Under the pieces are notes generated by a model. The model ran no database searches, had not been told where the DNA came from, and saw only the letters and a list, made by a program, of their open reading frames with translations. From Nonlabens ponticola (lineage in GTDB: Bacteria; Bacteroidota; Bacteroidia; Flavobacteriales; Flavobacteriaceae): a stretch of 32,000 nt of DNA. This document shows, piece by piece, positions 8,320 to 21,086 of this stretch (positions within the stretch are counted from its first letter, which is position 1; every line of letters begins with the position of its first letter). A program made the position numbers and the translations under genes. The stretch covers positions 2,610,001 through 2,642,000 of the forward strand of contig NZ_CP034549.1 in the NCBI RefSeq assembly GCF_003966335.1, read 5' to 3'.

Positions 8320-8766
8320 ATGCATACATTTTATTGGATTTTAATATTCCTGGTCACCTTTGGAATAATGGAATTTCTAGCATGGTTCATCCATAAATAT
8401 ATCATGCACGGTTTTTTATGGAATCTACATGAAGACCATCATCATAAAACACACGACAGTTGGTTTGAGAAAAACGACTGGTTTTTTGTGTTTTTTGCCT
8501 CTATAAGTATCATTGCCAAAGTTTCTCATAGCCAATTAGACTTATGGTGGGCATTGCCCATCAGTGCCGGGATTTTCGCTTATGGCGTGGCGTATTTTAT
8601 AGTACACGATATCTTTATTCATCAGCGATTCAAATGGTTGCGCAAGGCAAATAATACGTATGCTAAAGGTGTGCGTCGTGCCCATAAGATTCACCATAAA
8701 CACTTAGGTAAGGAAAAAGGTGAAAACTTTGGTATGCTGGTCGTACCACTCAAATACTTTAAATAA
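8320..8766 (+). CDS. crtZ: Beta-carotene 3-hydroxylase
   Basis: 148-aa membrane protein with His boxes HEDHHH, HDIFIHQRF and HKIHHKH. Confidence 0.85.
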   Translation: MHTFYWILIFLVTFGIMEFLAWFIHKYIMHGFLWNLHEDHHHKTHDSWFEKNDWFFVFFASISIIAKVSHSQLDLWWALPISAGIFAYGVAYFIVHDIFIHQRFKWLRKANNTYAKGVRRAHKIHHKHLGKEKGENFGMLVVPLKYFK

Positions 8767-10822
<2,056 letters not shown>

Positions 10823-10847
<25 letters not shown>

Positions 10848-11968
10848 CCATAGTTGGTATGGGTTGCGCCGGTAGCCATGTGCTGCTGGCGATGCTGGAG
10901 CACGAACAATTCATGGACAAAAGCATTCTCATTCTCGACGATTACAGTGCTGATAGTCTTGAGAAAACATGGAGTTATTGGGAAAAAGGTACTGGTAAGT
11001 GGGATCACCTCATCTCACAGCAATGGAATCAAGGTTCATTTATATCGCACAACAAATCCATTGACCTAGATCTCGATCCGTATCATTATAAGATGATTAA
11101 AAGTGTTGATTTTATAGCTTTCGCGAAAGCAAAATTCCAACACCACTCTAACATCACACACGTTGCCGAAAAAGTGACCGACGTTCGTCAAGGGCATACC
11201 GCAAGGATATTCACAGAATCTTGCACTTACCAGGCAGATCTAGTACTTGATAGTCGCGTATCACAAAAGTTCTATAACAACACTAATGCCATTACACTCA
11301 AACAACACTTTCTAGGCTGGCATATCAGGACTGAGAAAGATCTATTTGATCCAGATCATTTTGTAATGATGGACTATAGATATCAAGATCCTGGCACCAC
11401 TAGTTTTATGTATCTGCTACCTTTTGAAAAAAATGAAGCATTAATTGAATACACCTATTTCTCTGGAGAGCTAGTAGACGACGCGGTTTATGAAAGTAAA
11501 ATGCGGGAATACCTCAAAAAAGAATATAAGCTGGATGAATTTGAAATAGTAAGAATCGAGCAAGGTGTCATTCCTATGACGACCTATGATTTTACTGCGC
11601 ATAATACTCAGGTAGTTCACAAAATAGGAACCGCTGGCGGCTGGGTAAAGGCAAGTACTGGTTACAGTTTTAAAATGAGTGAGAAACGCGCCGCGCAGTT
11701 AGTAGATAATTATATTACCGGTAAGGATCTAGGCCACAATATGCAGGAAGCCAAATATCGATGGTATGATCAAATTATGTTAGACGTGTTGCATCAGGAT
11801 AACGGTCGTGGCGATAAGGTCTTCACAACACTTTACAGTAAAAACGATATCCAGCGCATTTTTGCTTTTCTAGATGAAGAAACCACGTTTCAACAAGAAT
11901 TACAGATCATGCTGCCCATGACATCTTATCCTTTTGTAAGATCCGCGGTTACCAGTTTCTTTAAATGA
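10823..11968 (+). CDS. crtY: Lycopene cyclase (possibly monocyclase type)
   Basis: ORF 10706..11968. Start moved to ATG 10823 (MDHHKYDIAIVGMGCAGSHV, FAD GxGxxG directly after the Met). Lycopene cyclase family length. Contains palindrome copy 4. Confidence 0.8.
11117..11130. repeat. Iterated palindrome copy 4 (inside crtY CDS, read as A-F-A-K-A)
   Basis: Exact 14-nt match. Flanks are ttataGCTTTCGCGAAAGCaaaat. Confidence 0.95.
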
Positions 11969-12663
11969 GATTCAATATTTAATTGATCCATGGTGCCTGT
12001 ACTTGCATAAGGTTGAAACCTGCTGAACAATTCCTCGGCATACCACTGTAGAGCGTTGGTTTGTCTTATGGCATTTTTATGAGCCTTGTTGCGATAGGCA
12101 AATTTATTGATAGCATCAGCGCTATCCCATAAACTCATGGTGGCCATATGTGTTACCGGCCATTCACCTACTCCAGCTTTAAATAATACATGCTCGTTCT
12201 CAACAATATCACGTTGGGATTGTGGCACATAATCCCAGAATCTTTTCAAAAATGTCAATTTAATACGAGCTCTCGTCAATACAAAAACCAGTGGATTGCC
12301 GTCATCAAGCTCTGTACTTTCCTCAAAGGGATTCTTTCTAGCCCATTGACCTCTAGCTTTCACATTGCGCATGAAGATAAGCTGGTAATCATCCGCTTTT
12401 TCTTTGAGCCTATTATGAAACTTACTGCTGTCAAAGTATTCTTGAGCTACTTTTTCATTTTCCCATACTTGTACATGCATATAAGTACTCCAGTCTGGTG
12501 TAGGATTGAAACCGTCCAAACCTTTTCCCATGACTTTGAAAAACTGTTGGCCAGCAACTTTGCGCAATCTTACCCAAGCTTCAGCAACCGCGATAAATTG
12601 CCAAGATTTTCCTGATAAAGAATCTCTTTTAAAAATAGATACGGTGGTGATTTGTTTGCTCAT
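11926..12663 (-). CDS. crtA: CrtA (spheroidene monooxygenase)-family protein, probable carotenoid 2-hydroxylase
   Basis: FFKVMGKGLDGFNPTPDWSTYM and RGQWARKNPF align by eye with the Rhodobacter CrtA N-terminal region. Convergent with crtY, with a 43-nt overlap. Confidence 0.7.
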   Translation of the reverse strand: MSKQITTVSIFKRDSLSGKSWQFIAVAEAWVRLRKVAGQQFFKVMGKGLDGFNPTPDWSTYMHVQVWENEKVAQEYFDSSKFHNRLKEKADDYQLIFMRNVKARGQWARKNPFEESTELDDGNPLVFVLTRARIKLTFLKRFWDYVPQSQRDIVENEHVLFKAGVGEWPVTHMATMSLWDSADAINKFAYRNKAHKNAIRQTNALQWYAEELFSRFQPYASTGTMDQLNIESHLKKLVTADLTKG

Positions 12664-12711
12664 AGTAAGTAAGTATCAAGCAATCCTGTGACTTGATGAA
12701 TATGCAAGTTA

Positions 12712-14412
12712 ATGGCTATCTTCCACGCTATGAAATATAGTTTGCATCTTATTTGGCTGTTAGCCGTTTTAATTAGTCCGCAATTACATACGGCGCAGAA
12801 TTATGCGCAGCATGGTATGGTCGTCTCTGATAATGAGATCGCCAGTAAAGTAGGCGTTGAAATAATGAAGCAAGGCGGTAATGCTATTGACGCTAGCATT
12901 GCAACGGCCTTTGCACTAGCCGTAGTACATCCAGCAGCCGGTAATATAGGTGGCGGCGGTTTTATGGTATATCGCCCTAAAGCTGGAGACGTGACCACTA
13001 TTGATTTTAGAGAAAAGGCACCTCTTGCGGCAACGCCTACCATGTTTCTAGGACCAGATGGTGAAGTAATTAAAGGTCTTAACCATAACAGCGCTCTAGC
13101 AATAGGCGTTCCCGGAACCGTTGCTGGAATGGCGCTCGCTCATAAGAAATATGGTAAATTACCCTGGAAAAAACTTGTGCAACCAGCGATTGAACTAGCA
13201 CGTCAAGGAATACCGCTGACCTATGCCCTATCGCGTGACGCTCGCGGAATTGATCAGTGGGATGATGCACCAGCATTTCTCAAGCAGCTATTTACAGAAA
13301 ACGGAAAGGTGCTAGAATTCAATGAAAATTGGAAACAACTAGCACTTGCTAATACATTGGATATTATTGCGACTCGAGGCCACAATGGATTTTACAAAGG
13401 TGAAATTGCCGAACAAATTGCCAACTACGTTCAACGAGAAGGTGGCATCATCACCGAGAAAGATCTCAACCAGTATGAGGCTATCGAGAGAAAACCTATC
13501 CACGGTACTTTTAATGGATACGACATCTACAGTATGCCACCGCCTAGTTCTGGTGGTGTGACACTTGTAGCCATGCTCAATTTAATGGAACAGGCAGATG
13601 TTGAGGAAATACCTTTTAATTCAACAGCCTACACACACTTACTAATTGAAAGCATGCGACGAGGCTTTGCAGATCGCGCTCAATTTTTAGGCGATCCAGA
13701 TTTTAACGAGGACATGCCGCTGGATCGATTGACCTCAAAATCTCATGCTGTGATGAGATTTAAAAATATTGATATGGATAAAGCCTCAGTTAGCGATCCA
13801 TCAACTTACGGTCATCCATATGATGGTGAGAATACCACTCATTATTCAGTTATTGATAGTGATGGTAATGCGGTATCGGTGACCTACACGCTGGAACAGA
13901 GCTACGGGTCTGGAATGGGAAGCAATGAATTAGGTTTTATATTCAATAATGAGATGGGTGATTTTAATCCGCAGCCTGGTGTGACAACTACTAGTGGACA
14001 AGTAGGATCTGATCCTAACATCATTGCACCTGGCAAGAGAATGTTGTCTAGCATGACGCCTGTGATCGTTTCCAAAGACAATAAGCCATTCTTAATCATA
14101 GGTAGTCCTGGTGGTCGTACCATCATCAACACGGTTTACCAGACAGTACTTAACGCAACTCTTTATGAAATGGATTTACATGATGCGATCGAGTCCATGA
14201 AAATCCACCATCAATGGTTACCCGATGTAACATATTATGAGCGTCACAAGCTATCGCCAGATGTAGTCAAAAATCTGGAAGAAATGGGACATACTATGAC
14301 ACCACGCAATGTGTTGGGTAGGCTCATGGGAATTAGTATTGATCAACAAACAGGAATACGCACCGGCGTGAGTGATTCTTCAAGTCCAGATGGCGCAGCA
14401 GTTGGATACTAG
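12712..14412 (+). CDS. ggt: Gamma-glutamyltransferase
   Basis: Signal peptide and the autoprocessing site motif GENTTHYSVID. 566 aa. An alternative start is ATG 12730. Confidence 0.9.
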   Translation: MAIFHAMKYSLHLIWLLAVLISPQLHTAQNYAQHGMVVSDNEIASKVGVEIMKQGGNAIDASIATAFALAVVHPAAGNIGGGGFMVYRPKAGDVTTIDFREKAPLAATPTMFLGPDGEVIKGLNHNSALAIGVPGTVAGMALAHKKYGKLPWKKLVQPAIELARQGIPLTYALSRDARGIDQWDDAPAFLKQLFTENGKVLEFNENWKQLALANTLDIIATRGHNGFYKGEIAEQIANYVQREGGIITEKDLNQYEAIERKPIHGTFNGYDIYSMPPPSSGGVTLVAMLNLMEQADVEEIPFNSTAYTHLLIESMRRGFADRAQFLGDPDFNEDMPLDRLTSKSHAVMRFKNIDMDKASVSDPSTYGHPYDGENTTHYSVIDSDGNAVSVTYTLEQSYGSGMGSNELGFIFNNEMGDFNPQPGVTTTSGQVGSDPNIIAPGKRMLSSMTPVIVSKDNKPFLIIGSPGGRTIINTVYQTVLNATLYEMDLHDAIESMKIHHQWLPDVTYYERHKLSPDVVKNLEEMGHTMTPRNVLGRLMGISIDQQTGIRTGVSDSSSPDGAAVGY

Positions 14413-14413
14413 A

Positions 14414-15115
14414 ATGGAAAATTTTACGTGTAGAATGTTAGAAGCTATTCCGCTTTCGCGAAAGCAGAATCCAAAAAAAGCCTTTCATTATTGCTTTCTA
14501 GCCATTGCTTTCTCAATACTCGCAGGAATAAATGCTCGCGCCCAAGAGAAAGAATACTTCATCGACTATGCTGGACTCAACGCGGGTTTTTCACGTCAAG
14601 ATGTATTCCCGTACAATAATGACAACTATTTTCACGAAAGCAGGTATCTTAAAGTACAGCTAGGTAAGGAAGTATGGAATCGTAAAAAACAGTCGATAGA
14701 GGTGCTGGTTGAGCCATCTGTTTATTTTGTCAAACATAGAATGCTCAATTTTTTCTACATCAAACCTCAAGATGCAGAAAATTTTATGGAGTTGCGAGAT
14801 CGATTTCTTCAACCTCTTGAATACGAAGAATATGCATTAAATATAGGGCTGATATACAGGTATGAATTCAGCGATCTCTGGAGTGCTTACGGGCAGATAA
14901 GCATTGGTCCAATGATCGCGACAGAGAGAACTGAACGCCAAGATGAAGGATTTTCGTTTTCAGACATTGTAGGATTGGGTACCACCTATCGACACGATCG
15001 CTGGCGATATGATCTACGGTTTACACTAAGACACGTAAGCAATGCAGATCTAACCGAAAATAATGACGGTCATAATAATGCTGGTATCGAAATCGGAGTT
15101 GGAATCAATCTCTAG
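14414..15115 (+). CDS. Acyloxyacyl hydrolase (PagL-like lipid A deacylase family) outer-membrane protein
   Basis: ORF 14372..15115 trimmed to ATG 14414 (or 14435), because the upstream part overlaps ggt. Signal peptide ...FLAIAFSILAGINARAQ. C-terminal RHVSNADL...NNAGIEIGVGINL carries the H-x-S-N catalytic signature. Palindrome copy 5 lies in the signal n-region. Confidence 0.65.
   Translation: MENFTCRMLEAIPLSRKQNPKKAFHYCFLAIAFSILAGINARAQEKEYFIDYAGLNAGFSRQDVFPYNNDNYFHESRYLKVQLGKEVWNRKKQSIEVLVEPSVYFVKHRMLNFFYIKPQDAENFMELRDRFLQPLEYEEYALNIGLIYRYEFSDLWSAYGQISIGPMIATERTERQDEGFSFSDIVGLGTTYRHDRWRYDLRFTLRHVSNADLTENNDGHNNAGIEIGVGINL
14452..14465. repeat. Iterated palindrome copy 5 (5' end of PagL-like CDS, read as L-S-R-K)
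   Basis: Exact 14-nt match. Context is attcCGCTTTCGCGAAAGCagaat. Confidence 0.95.
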
Positions 15116-15140
15116 AATTACAATCAATTAGCTAACTCAT

Positions 15141-15177
15141 AAAAAAAGTCCATTATCAATTTGATAATGGACTTTTT
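15141..15177. terminator. Bidirectional rho-independent terminator
   Basis: aaaaaaa-gtccattatcaa-t-ttgataatggac-ttttt between the convergent stops at 15115 (+) and 15200 (-). Confidence 0.8.
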
Positions 15178-15199
15178 AATATTAAAAGATAGCTCTTAC

Positions 15200-17467
15200 T
15201 TAAGCCGCGTTCTCTTCTTTTATCAGATTAAGCGCGCTTCCCTTGCGATACCACTTGATCTGTGCATCATTATAAGTATGGTTTACCTTGATGGTATCTT
15301 TTGATCCATCTTTGTGCACGATTTCTACCGTCAACGGAGTATCTGGAGCAAAGTTCTCTAAATCCACAAAGTTGAAAGTATCATCTTCTTGGATCAGATC
15401 ATAGTCTGCCTCGTTTGCAAAAGTCACACCAAGCATTCCTTGCTTTTTAAGGTTGGTCTCATGAATACGTGCGAACGATTTAACAATTACCACATAAACC
15501 CCTAGATGTCTAGGCTCCATAGCTGCGTGTTCTCTGGATGAACCTTCACCATAATTATGGTCACCTACTACTACTGTAGGAATACCAGCGGCCTTGTAAG
15601 CACGCTGTGTTTTAGGCACGGCATCGTACTCGCCATCAATCTGGCTCTTTACAAGGTTTGTTTGCTTATTGTAAGCATTGACAGCACCTATCAAACAGTT
15701 GTTTGAGATATTATCTAGGTGTCCGCGATACTTCAACCACGGTCCAGCCATAGAGATATGGTCAGTCGTACATTTGCCAAATGCTTTGATCAATAGCTTG
15801 GCACCCATCAAGTTGCCGCCATCCCATGGCTCAAATGGAGTCAACAATTGTAGGCGGTCGCTATCTTCCGCAACTTTTACCTCAACGTGTGATCCATCTT
15901 CAACTGGTGCTACAAATCCTGCATCTTCTACTTCAAAACCTTTAGGTGGCAATTCAATACCACTAGGTTCTTCTAGCATAACTTCTTCACCATCTTCATT
16001 GATCAGTTTATCAGTCATTGGGTTAAAGTCCAACTTACCTGATATAGCAATTGCTGCTACCATTTCTGGTGAACCTACAAACGCGTGTGTGTTAGGATTA
16101 CCATCGGCACGTTTTGAGAAGTTTCTATTGAACGAGTGTACAATAGTATTTTTCTCATCACCTTTCAAATCACTACGATCCCATTGACCTATACATGGTC
16201 CACAGGCATTTGTGAAAATAGTTGCATCCAGATCTTCAAAGATCTTTAAAATCCCATCACGCTCTGCAGTGAATCGTATTTGCTCTGATCCTGGATTGAT
16301 TCCAAAATCTGATTTTGGCTTAATATTCTTCTTCACGGCTTGCTCTGCAATAGAAGCTGCACGAGTTAGATCCTCATAACTAGAGTTGGTACATGAACCG
16401 ATTAGACCCCAATCAACCTTGATTGGCCAGTCGTTTTTCTTTGCTTTCTCACCTAATTGACCTACTGGAGTTGCCAGATCTGGAGTAAAGGGTCCATTTA
16501 AGTGTGGTACCAATTCATCAAGATTGATTTCAATCACTTGATCAAAATATTGCTCTGGATTTGCGTACACCTCATCATCTGCCGTTAGGTATTCTGCAAT
16601 CTTATCTGCCTCATCAGCGATGTCTGATCTATCGGTAGCTCTTAGGTAACGAGACATGGACTCGTCATACCCAAAGGTTGAAGTCGTTGCTCCAACTTCT
16701 GCACCCATGTTACAAATAGTTCCTTTTCCTGTACAGGAAAGATTTTTTGCACCATCACCAAAGTATTCTATAATCGCACCAGTACCACCTTTTACAGTCA
16801 AGATACCAGCAACTTTAAGGATCACATCCTTGGCACTTGTCCAGCCGTTTATTTTACCTGTTAGTTTAACACCAATCAGTTTAGGGAACTTCAATTCCCA
16901 TGGCATACCAGCCATCACGTCAACGGCATCTGCACCACCTACACCTACAGCAACCATTCCTAGACCACCAGCGTTAACCGTGTGTGAGTCAGTACCTATC
17001 ATCATACCACCTGGGAATGCATAGTTCTCAAGCACTACCTGGTGAATAATTCCTGCACCTGGCTTCCAGAATCCAATACCGTATTTATTTGATACAGACC
17101 CTAAAAAGTCAAACACCTCATTACTCACATCGTTTGCACGTGCAAGATCCTTGGCAGCACCTTGCTTTGCCTGGATCAAGTGATCACAGTGTACAGTTGT
17201 TGGTACTGCTACTTTATCCTTACCAGCCTGCATGAACTGCAACAACGCCATTTGCGCGGTTGCGTCTTGGCAAGCAATACGGTCTGGCGCAAAATCAACA
17301 TAATCCTTACCTCTAGTAAAAGCCGTTTGTGCCTTACCATCCCAAAGGTGTGAATAGAGTATTTTTTCAGAAAGTGTGAGTGGTTTCCCAAGAAGCTCAC
17401 GAGCTTTGTCCACGCGCTCTGGCATGGTCTCATACACTTTCTTGATCATGTCAATATCAAAAGCCAT
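15200..17467 (-). CDS. acnA: Aconitate hydratase
   Basis: 755 aa. Fe-S ligand motifs GSCTNSS and ACGPCIGQW, plus GTDSHT and [17 protein letters not shown]. Confidence 0.92.
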   Translation of the reverse strand: MAFDIDMIKKVYETMPERVDKARELLGKPLTLSEKILYSHLWDGKAQTAFTRGKDYVDFAPDRIACQDATAQMALLQFMQAGKDKVAVPTTVHCDHLIQAKQGAAKDLARANDVSNEVFDFLGSVSNKYGIGFWKPGAGIIHQVVLENYAFPGGMMIGTDSHTVNAGGLGMVAVGVGGADAVDVMAGMPWELKFPKLIGVKLTGKINGWTSAKDVILKVAGILTVKGGTGAIIEYFGDGAKNLSCTGKGTICNMGAEVGATTSTFGYDESMSRYLRATDRSDIADEADKIAEYLTADDEVYANPEQYFDQVIEINLDELVPHLNGPFTPDLATPVGQLGEKAKKNDWPIKVDWGLIGSCTNSSYEDLTRAASIAEQAVKKNIKPKSDFGINPGSEQIRFTAERDGILKIFEDLDATIFTNACGPCIGQWDRSDLKGDEKNTIVHSFNRNFSKRADGNPNTHAFVGSPEMVAAIAISGKLDFNPMTDKLINEDGEEVMLEEPSGIELPPKGFEVEDAGFVAPVEDGSHVEVKVAEDSDRLQLLTPFEPWDGGNLMGAKLLIKAFGKCTTDHISMAGPWLKYRGHLDNISNNCLIGAVNAYNKQTNLVKSQIDGEYDAVPKTQRAYKAAGIPTVVVGDHNYGEGSSREHAAMEPRHLGVYVVIVKSFARIHETNLKKQGMLGVTFANEADYDLIQEDDTFNFVDLENFAPDTPLTVEIVHKDGSKDTIKVNHTYNDAQIKWYRKGSALNLIKEENAA

Positions 17468-17665
17468 ATATATGTTTTATTAGTTGTTTCTTCTACGCGC
17501 GAATTTACGAAATCATAAGCCTATTTGAAAATCAAGAGCAATCTTGCCAAAGTCTTGCAGATAATTAGGAAAGTAACAATTATCACTGCGATAAATTCAA
17601 GAATCCATAGGTGTTATTCCCAATAAATTATGAGATTGGCAATCTAATGTTTAGTAGTATTTGAG

Positions 17666-17689
17666 ATTACGCTTTCGCGAAAGCGTAAT
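17666..17689. repeat. Iterated palindrome copy 6, full 24-nt perfect form (intergenic)
   Basis: ATTACGCTTTCG/CGAAAGCGTAAT is a perfect 24-nt palindrome with its core at 17671..17684. It lies 49 nt downstream of the moxR stop and about 200 nt upstream of the acn start. Confidence 0.95.
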
Positions 17690-17737
17690 AATCACCATCT
17701 AGACTGCTATAATTAAAAATCCAGAGAAAATTCTGAA

Positions 17738-18691
17738 CTATAATATCTGAGCGATCAAGCTATCCTCAGTGTGTCCTTCAGCCTCGGCTTTGTAGTTTTT
17801 GATGATGCGATGGCGCAGAATTCCAGTGGCGACAGCCTTTACATCTTCAATATCCGGGCTGTATTTTCCATGGATAGCTGCATGAGTTTTGGCTGCCAAA
17901 ATCAGGTTTTGCGACGCACGTGGTCCGGCGCCCCAATCAATGTATTCCTTGATAATATCTGGAGTCGTATCAGCCTTAGGTCTGGTTTTGCCTACCAATT
18001 TTACCGCATACTCAATCACATTATCAGCTACGGGAATGCGACGTACCAACTGCTGTAAGTCAACAATTTCCTGGGCACTAAAAAGCGGATTAACCTGTAC
18101 TTTCTTATCCGTTGTGGTGGATTTTACTACATCAATCTCTTCTTGATAAGTAGGATATTCTAGATTGATGGCAAACATGAATCGATCCAGCTGCGCTTCT
18201 GGCAACGGGTAGGTTCCTTCTTGCTCAATAGGATTTTGTGTCGCAAGAACAAAATAAGGATTTGCCAGTTTGTATTGCTGTCCAGCAACGGTGACTGATC
18301 GTTCTTGCATAGCTTCTAGAAGTGCAGCTTGAGTTTTTGGCGGCGTTCTATTGATCTCATCTGCAAGGACGATATTTGAAAAAACCGGTCCTTTTATAAA
18401 TTTAAAATTACGGCTCTCATCTAGTATCTCGCTACCTAAAATATCACTAGGCATCAAGTCTGGAGTAAACTGTATGCGCTTAAAGTCAAGACCTAATACC
18501 TGAGAAATAGTATTCACCATCAGTGTTTTTGCAAGTCCTGGAACACCAATGAGCAATGCGTGACCACCTGAAAATATGGAAATAAGAATCTGATCAACGA
18601 CTTGATCTTGACCGATGATTATTTTGGCTATTTCCTGTTTGAGTTGCTTGTGTCTTACAACAAGGTTATCAATGGCTGTAACGTCTGACAT
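17738..18691 (-). CDS. MoxR-family AAA+ ATPase
   Basis: Walker A GVPGLAKT, Walker B LADEINR, about 317 aa and a MoxR-type C-terminal region. Confidence 0.88.
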   Translation of the reverse strand: MSDVTAIDNLVVRHKQLKQEIAKIIIGQDQVVDQILISIFSGGHALLIGVPGLAKTLMVNTISQVLGLDFKRIQFTPDLMPSDILGSEILDESRNFKFIKGPVFSNIVLADEINRTPPKTQAALLEAMQERSVTVAGQQYKLANPYFVLATQNPIEQEGTYPLPEAQLDRFMFAINLEYPTYQEEIDVVKSTTTDKKVQVNPLFSAQEIVDLQQLVRRIPVADNVIEYAVKLVGKTRPKADTTPDIIKEYIDWGAGPRASQNLILAAKTHAAIHGKYSPDIEDVKAVATGILRHRIIKNYKAEAEGHTEDSLIAQIL

Positions 18692-18718
18692 GCTGGTAGG
18701 TTGGTGATTAATTGCAAT

Positions 18719-20230
18719 TTACTGTGTCCACTGCTGCAGGAAGTCGCACTTCTTATACTCATCTCCTATTTTGACATAGGTATCCTTGAGTTTTTCCTCG
18801 CGCCATTCTGCAATCTTGCGTACTTGCTTATCTCGCAATGCTAATTCTTTGATCTTGAGAAAATCACCTGTGTAATCAGCCTTATGATCCTTGATTTTTT
18901 TAATCAAATTGACGATGGTAAAAGTTGCAAGATTTTGACCACCTGGCGCTCTACTCTCGATGATACCACTCACATCGCCTTCTTCCATAAACTGGACCGT
19001 AGATACAAGGTCAGGAGCGGCTCGTGTCAAGTCCAGTCGATATTCACCCGTCTGTGGATTAACGAGTTGTCCACCGTTTTTGGCAGTGCGCTTTTCATCA
19101 CTTATCGCTCTGGCAGCATCTGCAAATGATATTTGATTGAGAATAATGCTATCACGCATGGTCTCTAACTTACGTCGCGCTTTAGCCTCTTGAGCGGTAC
19201 TGATGTATGGATATAATAATATATGACGCACGTCTCTCACTGATCCGCGTATCTTCTCTAGGTAAACAATATGCCAACCGAATTGCGTTTCAAAAGGCTC
19301 GCTTATCTGCCCAACCTCAGTCAATGAAAACGTTGCATCCTTAAACTCTTTAGCATAAGGATCGCTACGTTTTAAACTCAATACGCCACCTTGACGCTCA
19401 GTCCCTATATCCTCAGAGAATAAGGTTGCTTTTGCAGCAAAATCAGAACCATTTTCTAAAACATCAGTTCTATATTGATTGAGTTTATCGATAACATCTT
19501 GTACTGCTTCTTCGGTAGGGACTGCGTTGACAACAATACGAGCCATTTCTACCTCTGTATTAAAGAGTGGTCGTTCATCTTCTGGAATATTGTAAAAAAA
19601 CTGACGCACCTCTTCTGGAGTGATGTCTACTTCTTCCGTAAGGCGTTGTTGCATGCGATTAGACAATAATTCGTCACGACCCAATTGATTGAGCTCATCG
19701 CGCAACTGCTGTACTGTTTCTTTTTGATAGTATTGAGCTACCGTTTCCTCGCTCACACCACCTAGTTTATCTTGAAAGTAACGTATGCGTTGATCAGTAT
19801 AACCGTTAATCTCAGCATCTGCTACCGTGATACTGTCTTGTATCGCATGGTGCGCATACATTTTTTCGATCAACAAAGATTCCATTAAATCACACTCTGA
19901 CAAATCACCTGGCTGCCCTGATCTTTTCCATGCCTGCAATTGCTTTGAAATATCAGATTCTAAAATAACATAATCACCGATGACCCCAGAAACACCGTCA
20001 ATACGAAATCTCACCTCGCGTCGAGGTTGCTTGACAGTATCATTGAGCGCTGATAATACATCGCGCTTGATTTGCTCATCTGATTGCTGTTGTACTTTGA
20101 CATCAAATTGATTACCAGCGGTCCTAGGTTTTACTTGCTGCGCATAGCCTATACTCGCAAATGCTAGGGCCACAAAAACGCTGGTCAATTTAAGGATTGA
20201 CTTTAAGTCGTTTATTTTGTATTGCATCAT
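18719..20230 (-). CDS. Periplasmic peptidyl-prolyl isomerase, SurA-like (one parvulin domain)
   Basis: Signal peptide and the parvulin signature ETQFGWHIVYLEKIRG. Confidence 0.75.
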   Translation of the reverse strand: MMQYKINDLKSILKLTSVFVALAFASIGYAQQVKPRTAGNQFDVKVQQQSDEQIKRDVLSALNDTVKQPRREVRFRIDGVSGVIGDYVILESDISKQLQAWKRSGQPGDLSECDLMESLLIEKMYAHHAIQDSITVADAEINGYTDQRIRYFQDKLGGVSEETVAQYYQKETVQQLRDELNQLGRDELLSNRMQQRLTEEVDITPEEVRQFFYNIPEDERPLFNTEVEMARIVVNAVPTEEAVQDVIDKLNQYRTDVLENGSDFAAKATLFSEDIGTERQGGVLSLKRSDPYAKEFKDATFSLTEVGQISEPFETQFGWHIVYLEKIRGSVRDVRHILLYPYISTAQEAKARRKLETMRDSIILNQISFADAARAISDEKRTAKNGGQLVNPQTGEYRLDLTRAAPDLVSTVQFMEEGDVSGIIESRAPGGQNLATFTIVNLIKKIKDHKADYTGDFLKIKELALRDKQVRKIAEWREEKLKDTYVKIGDEYKKCDFLQQWTQ

Positions 20231-21086
20231 CTAATAATTCCTTTTCTAGATTTTTAATGTATGTAAGTTTACGCTGGTTGCGCAAAATTTGCTTAATGGT
20301 AGGTTGTACGTATGATAAAGGCGCTTGCTCACCGCGTTTGAGCACATCCTTTACATGTACCAAATATACGCCAAGACTATCCTCTAGCTTCCAGTTACTT
20401 CCTGGTTTTAGATAGTCTGCAGCATTAGCCGCAGTTATAGGACTTATGCGTTCAAGAACGGTGCCGCGGTTGACCCAAACATCGTCATTGAGTGAGTAAT
20501 TGCGGTATCCTAATGATAAACTATCTAGTGCTTTGACACTTTTCAGGTCATTACGTTTAAAGAGCTTGTAAATTTCTTCTACATCTGGGTAAGATGCATC
20601 TAGCGATATGTATCTAAATTTGACTAACTCTTCATTGAGTTTAAATTCCTCTTTCCGCTCCTGAAAATATTGCTCAATAGTCGATTTGCTAAAGGTTGTG
20701 TCAAGATTTGCCTTTACCAACTCTTGCAAATAAGCCTGTGTGTAAAGCTCCATTTGATATTTTTTGATCAGTAATTGAAGGTCATCTTGCTTATCCTGAG
20801 TTATATTCTTGCGTGCATTGCGCAGCAACATCTGGTCTGTCGTCCAGTCGTCAATGTATTTTTGAACGATAAGAACACTATCTGCTGTAGTATAATCTGC
20901 AGGTAGAATAGATAATATCTCTGCACGTGTGAGATAAGCATCACCTAGTTGTGCAACGGCATCTGGTTGTTCTTGATTTGTAAAAAACTCACAAGAAACA
21001 ATGGTCAAACAGGCAATGAATGCAAACAGATATTTAAGCAGCTTTTTTAGCAATGGCTTTCTTGGTTTTTTTGAATACTCGTTCAT
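20190..21086 (-). CDS. Lipoprotein with degenerate parvulin-like domain (PPIase-like chaperone)
   Basis: Lipobox LTIVSC. The C-terminal SLGVYLVHVKDV resembles the parvulin G-x-H-x-[IV] strand. Overlaps both neighbours (41 and 53 nt). Confidence 0.5.
   Translation of the reverse strand: MNEYSKKPRKPLLKKLLKYLFAFIACLTIVSCEFFTNQEQPDAVAQLGDAYLTRAEILSILPADYTTADSVLIVQKYIDDWTTDQMLLRNARKNITQDKQDDLQLLIKKYQMELYTQAYLQELVKANLDTTFSKSTIEQYFQERKEEFKLNEELVKFRYISLDASYPDVEEIYKLFKRNDLKSVKALDSLSLGYRNYSLNDDVWVNRGTVLERISPITAANAADYLKPGSNWKLEDSLGVYLVHVKDVLKRGEQAPLSYVQPTIKQILRNQRKLTYIKNLEKELLDDAIQNKRLKVNP

Noticed and set aside
12190-12615. 141-aa plus-strand ORF within the crtA-like gene
   Set aside because: It is antisense to a CDS with clear CrtA-family similarity and its composition is hydrophobic and low in complexity.
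15678-17024. 169-aa and 122-aa plus-strand ORFs inside the aconitase gene
   Set aside because: These are antisense shadow ORFs of a strongly conserved gene. They are Ser/Pro/Ile-rich and low in complexity, with no start context.
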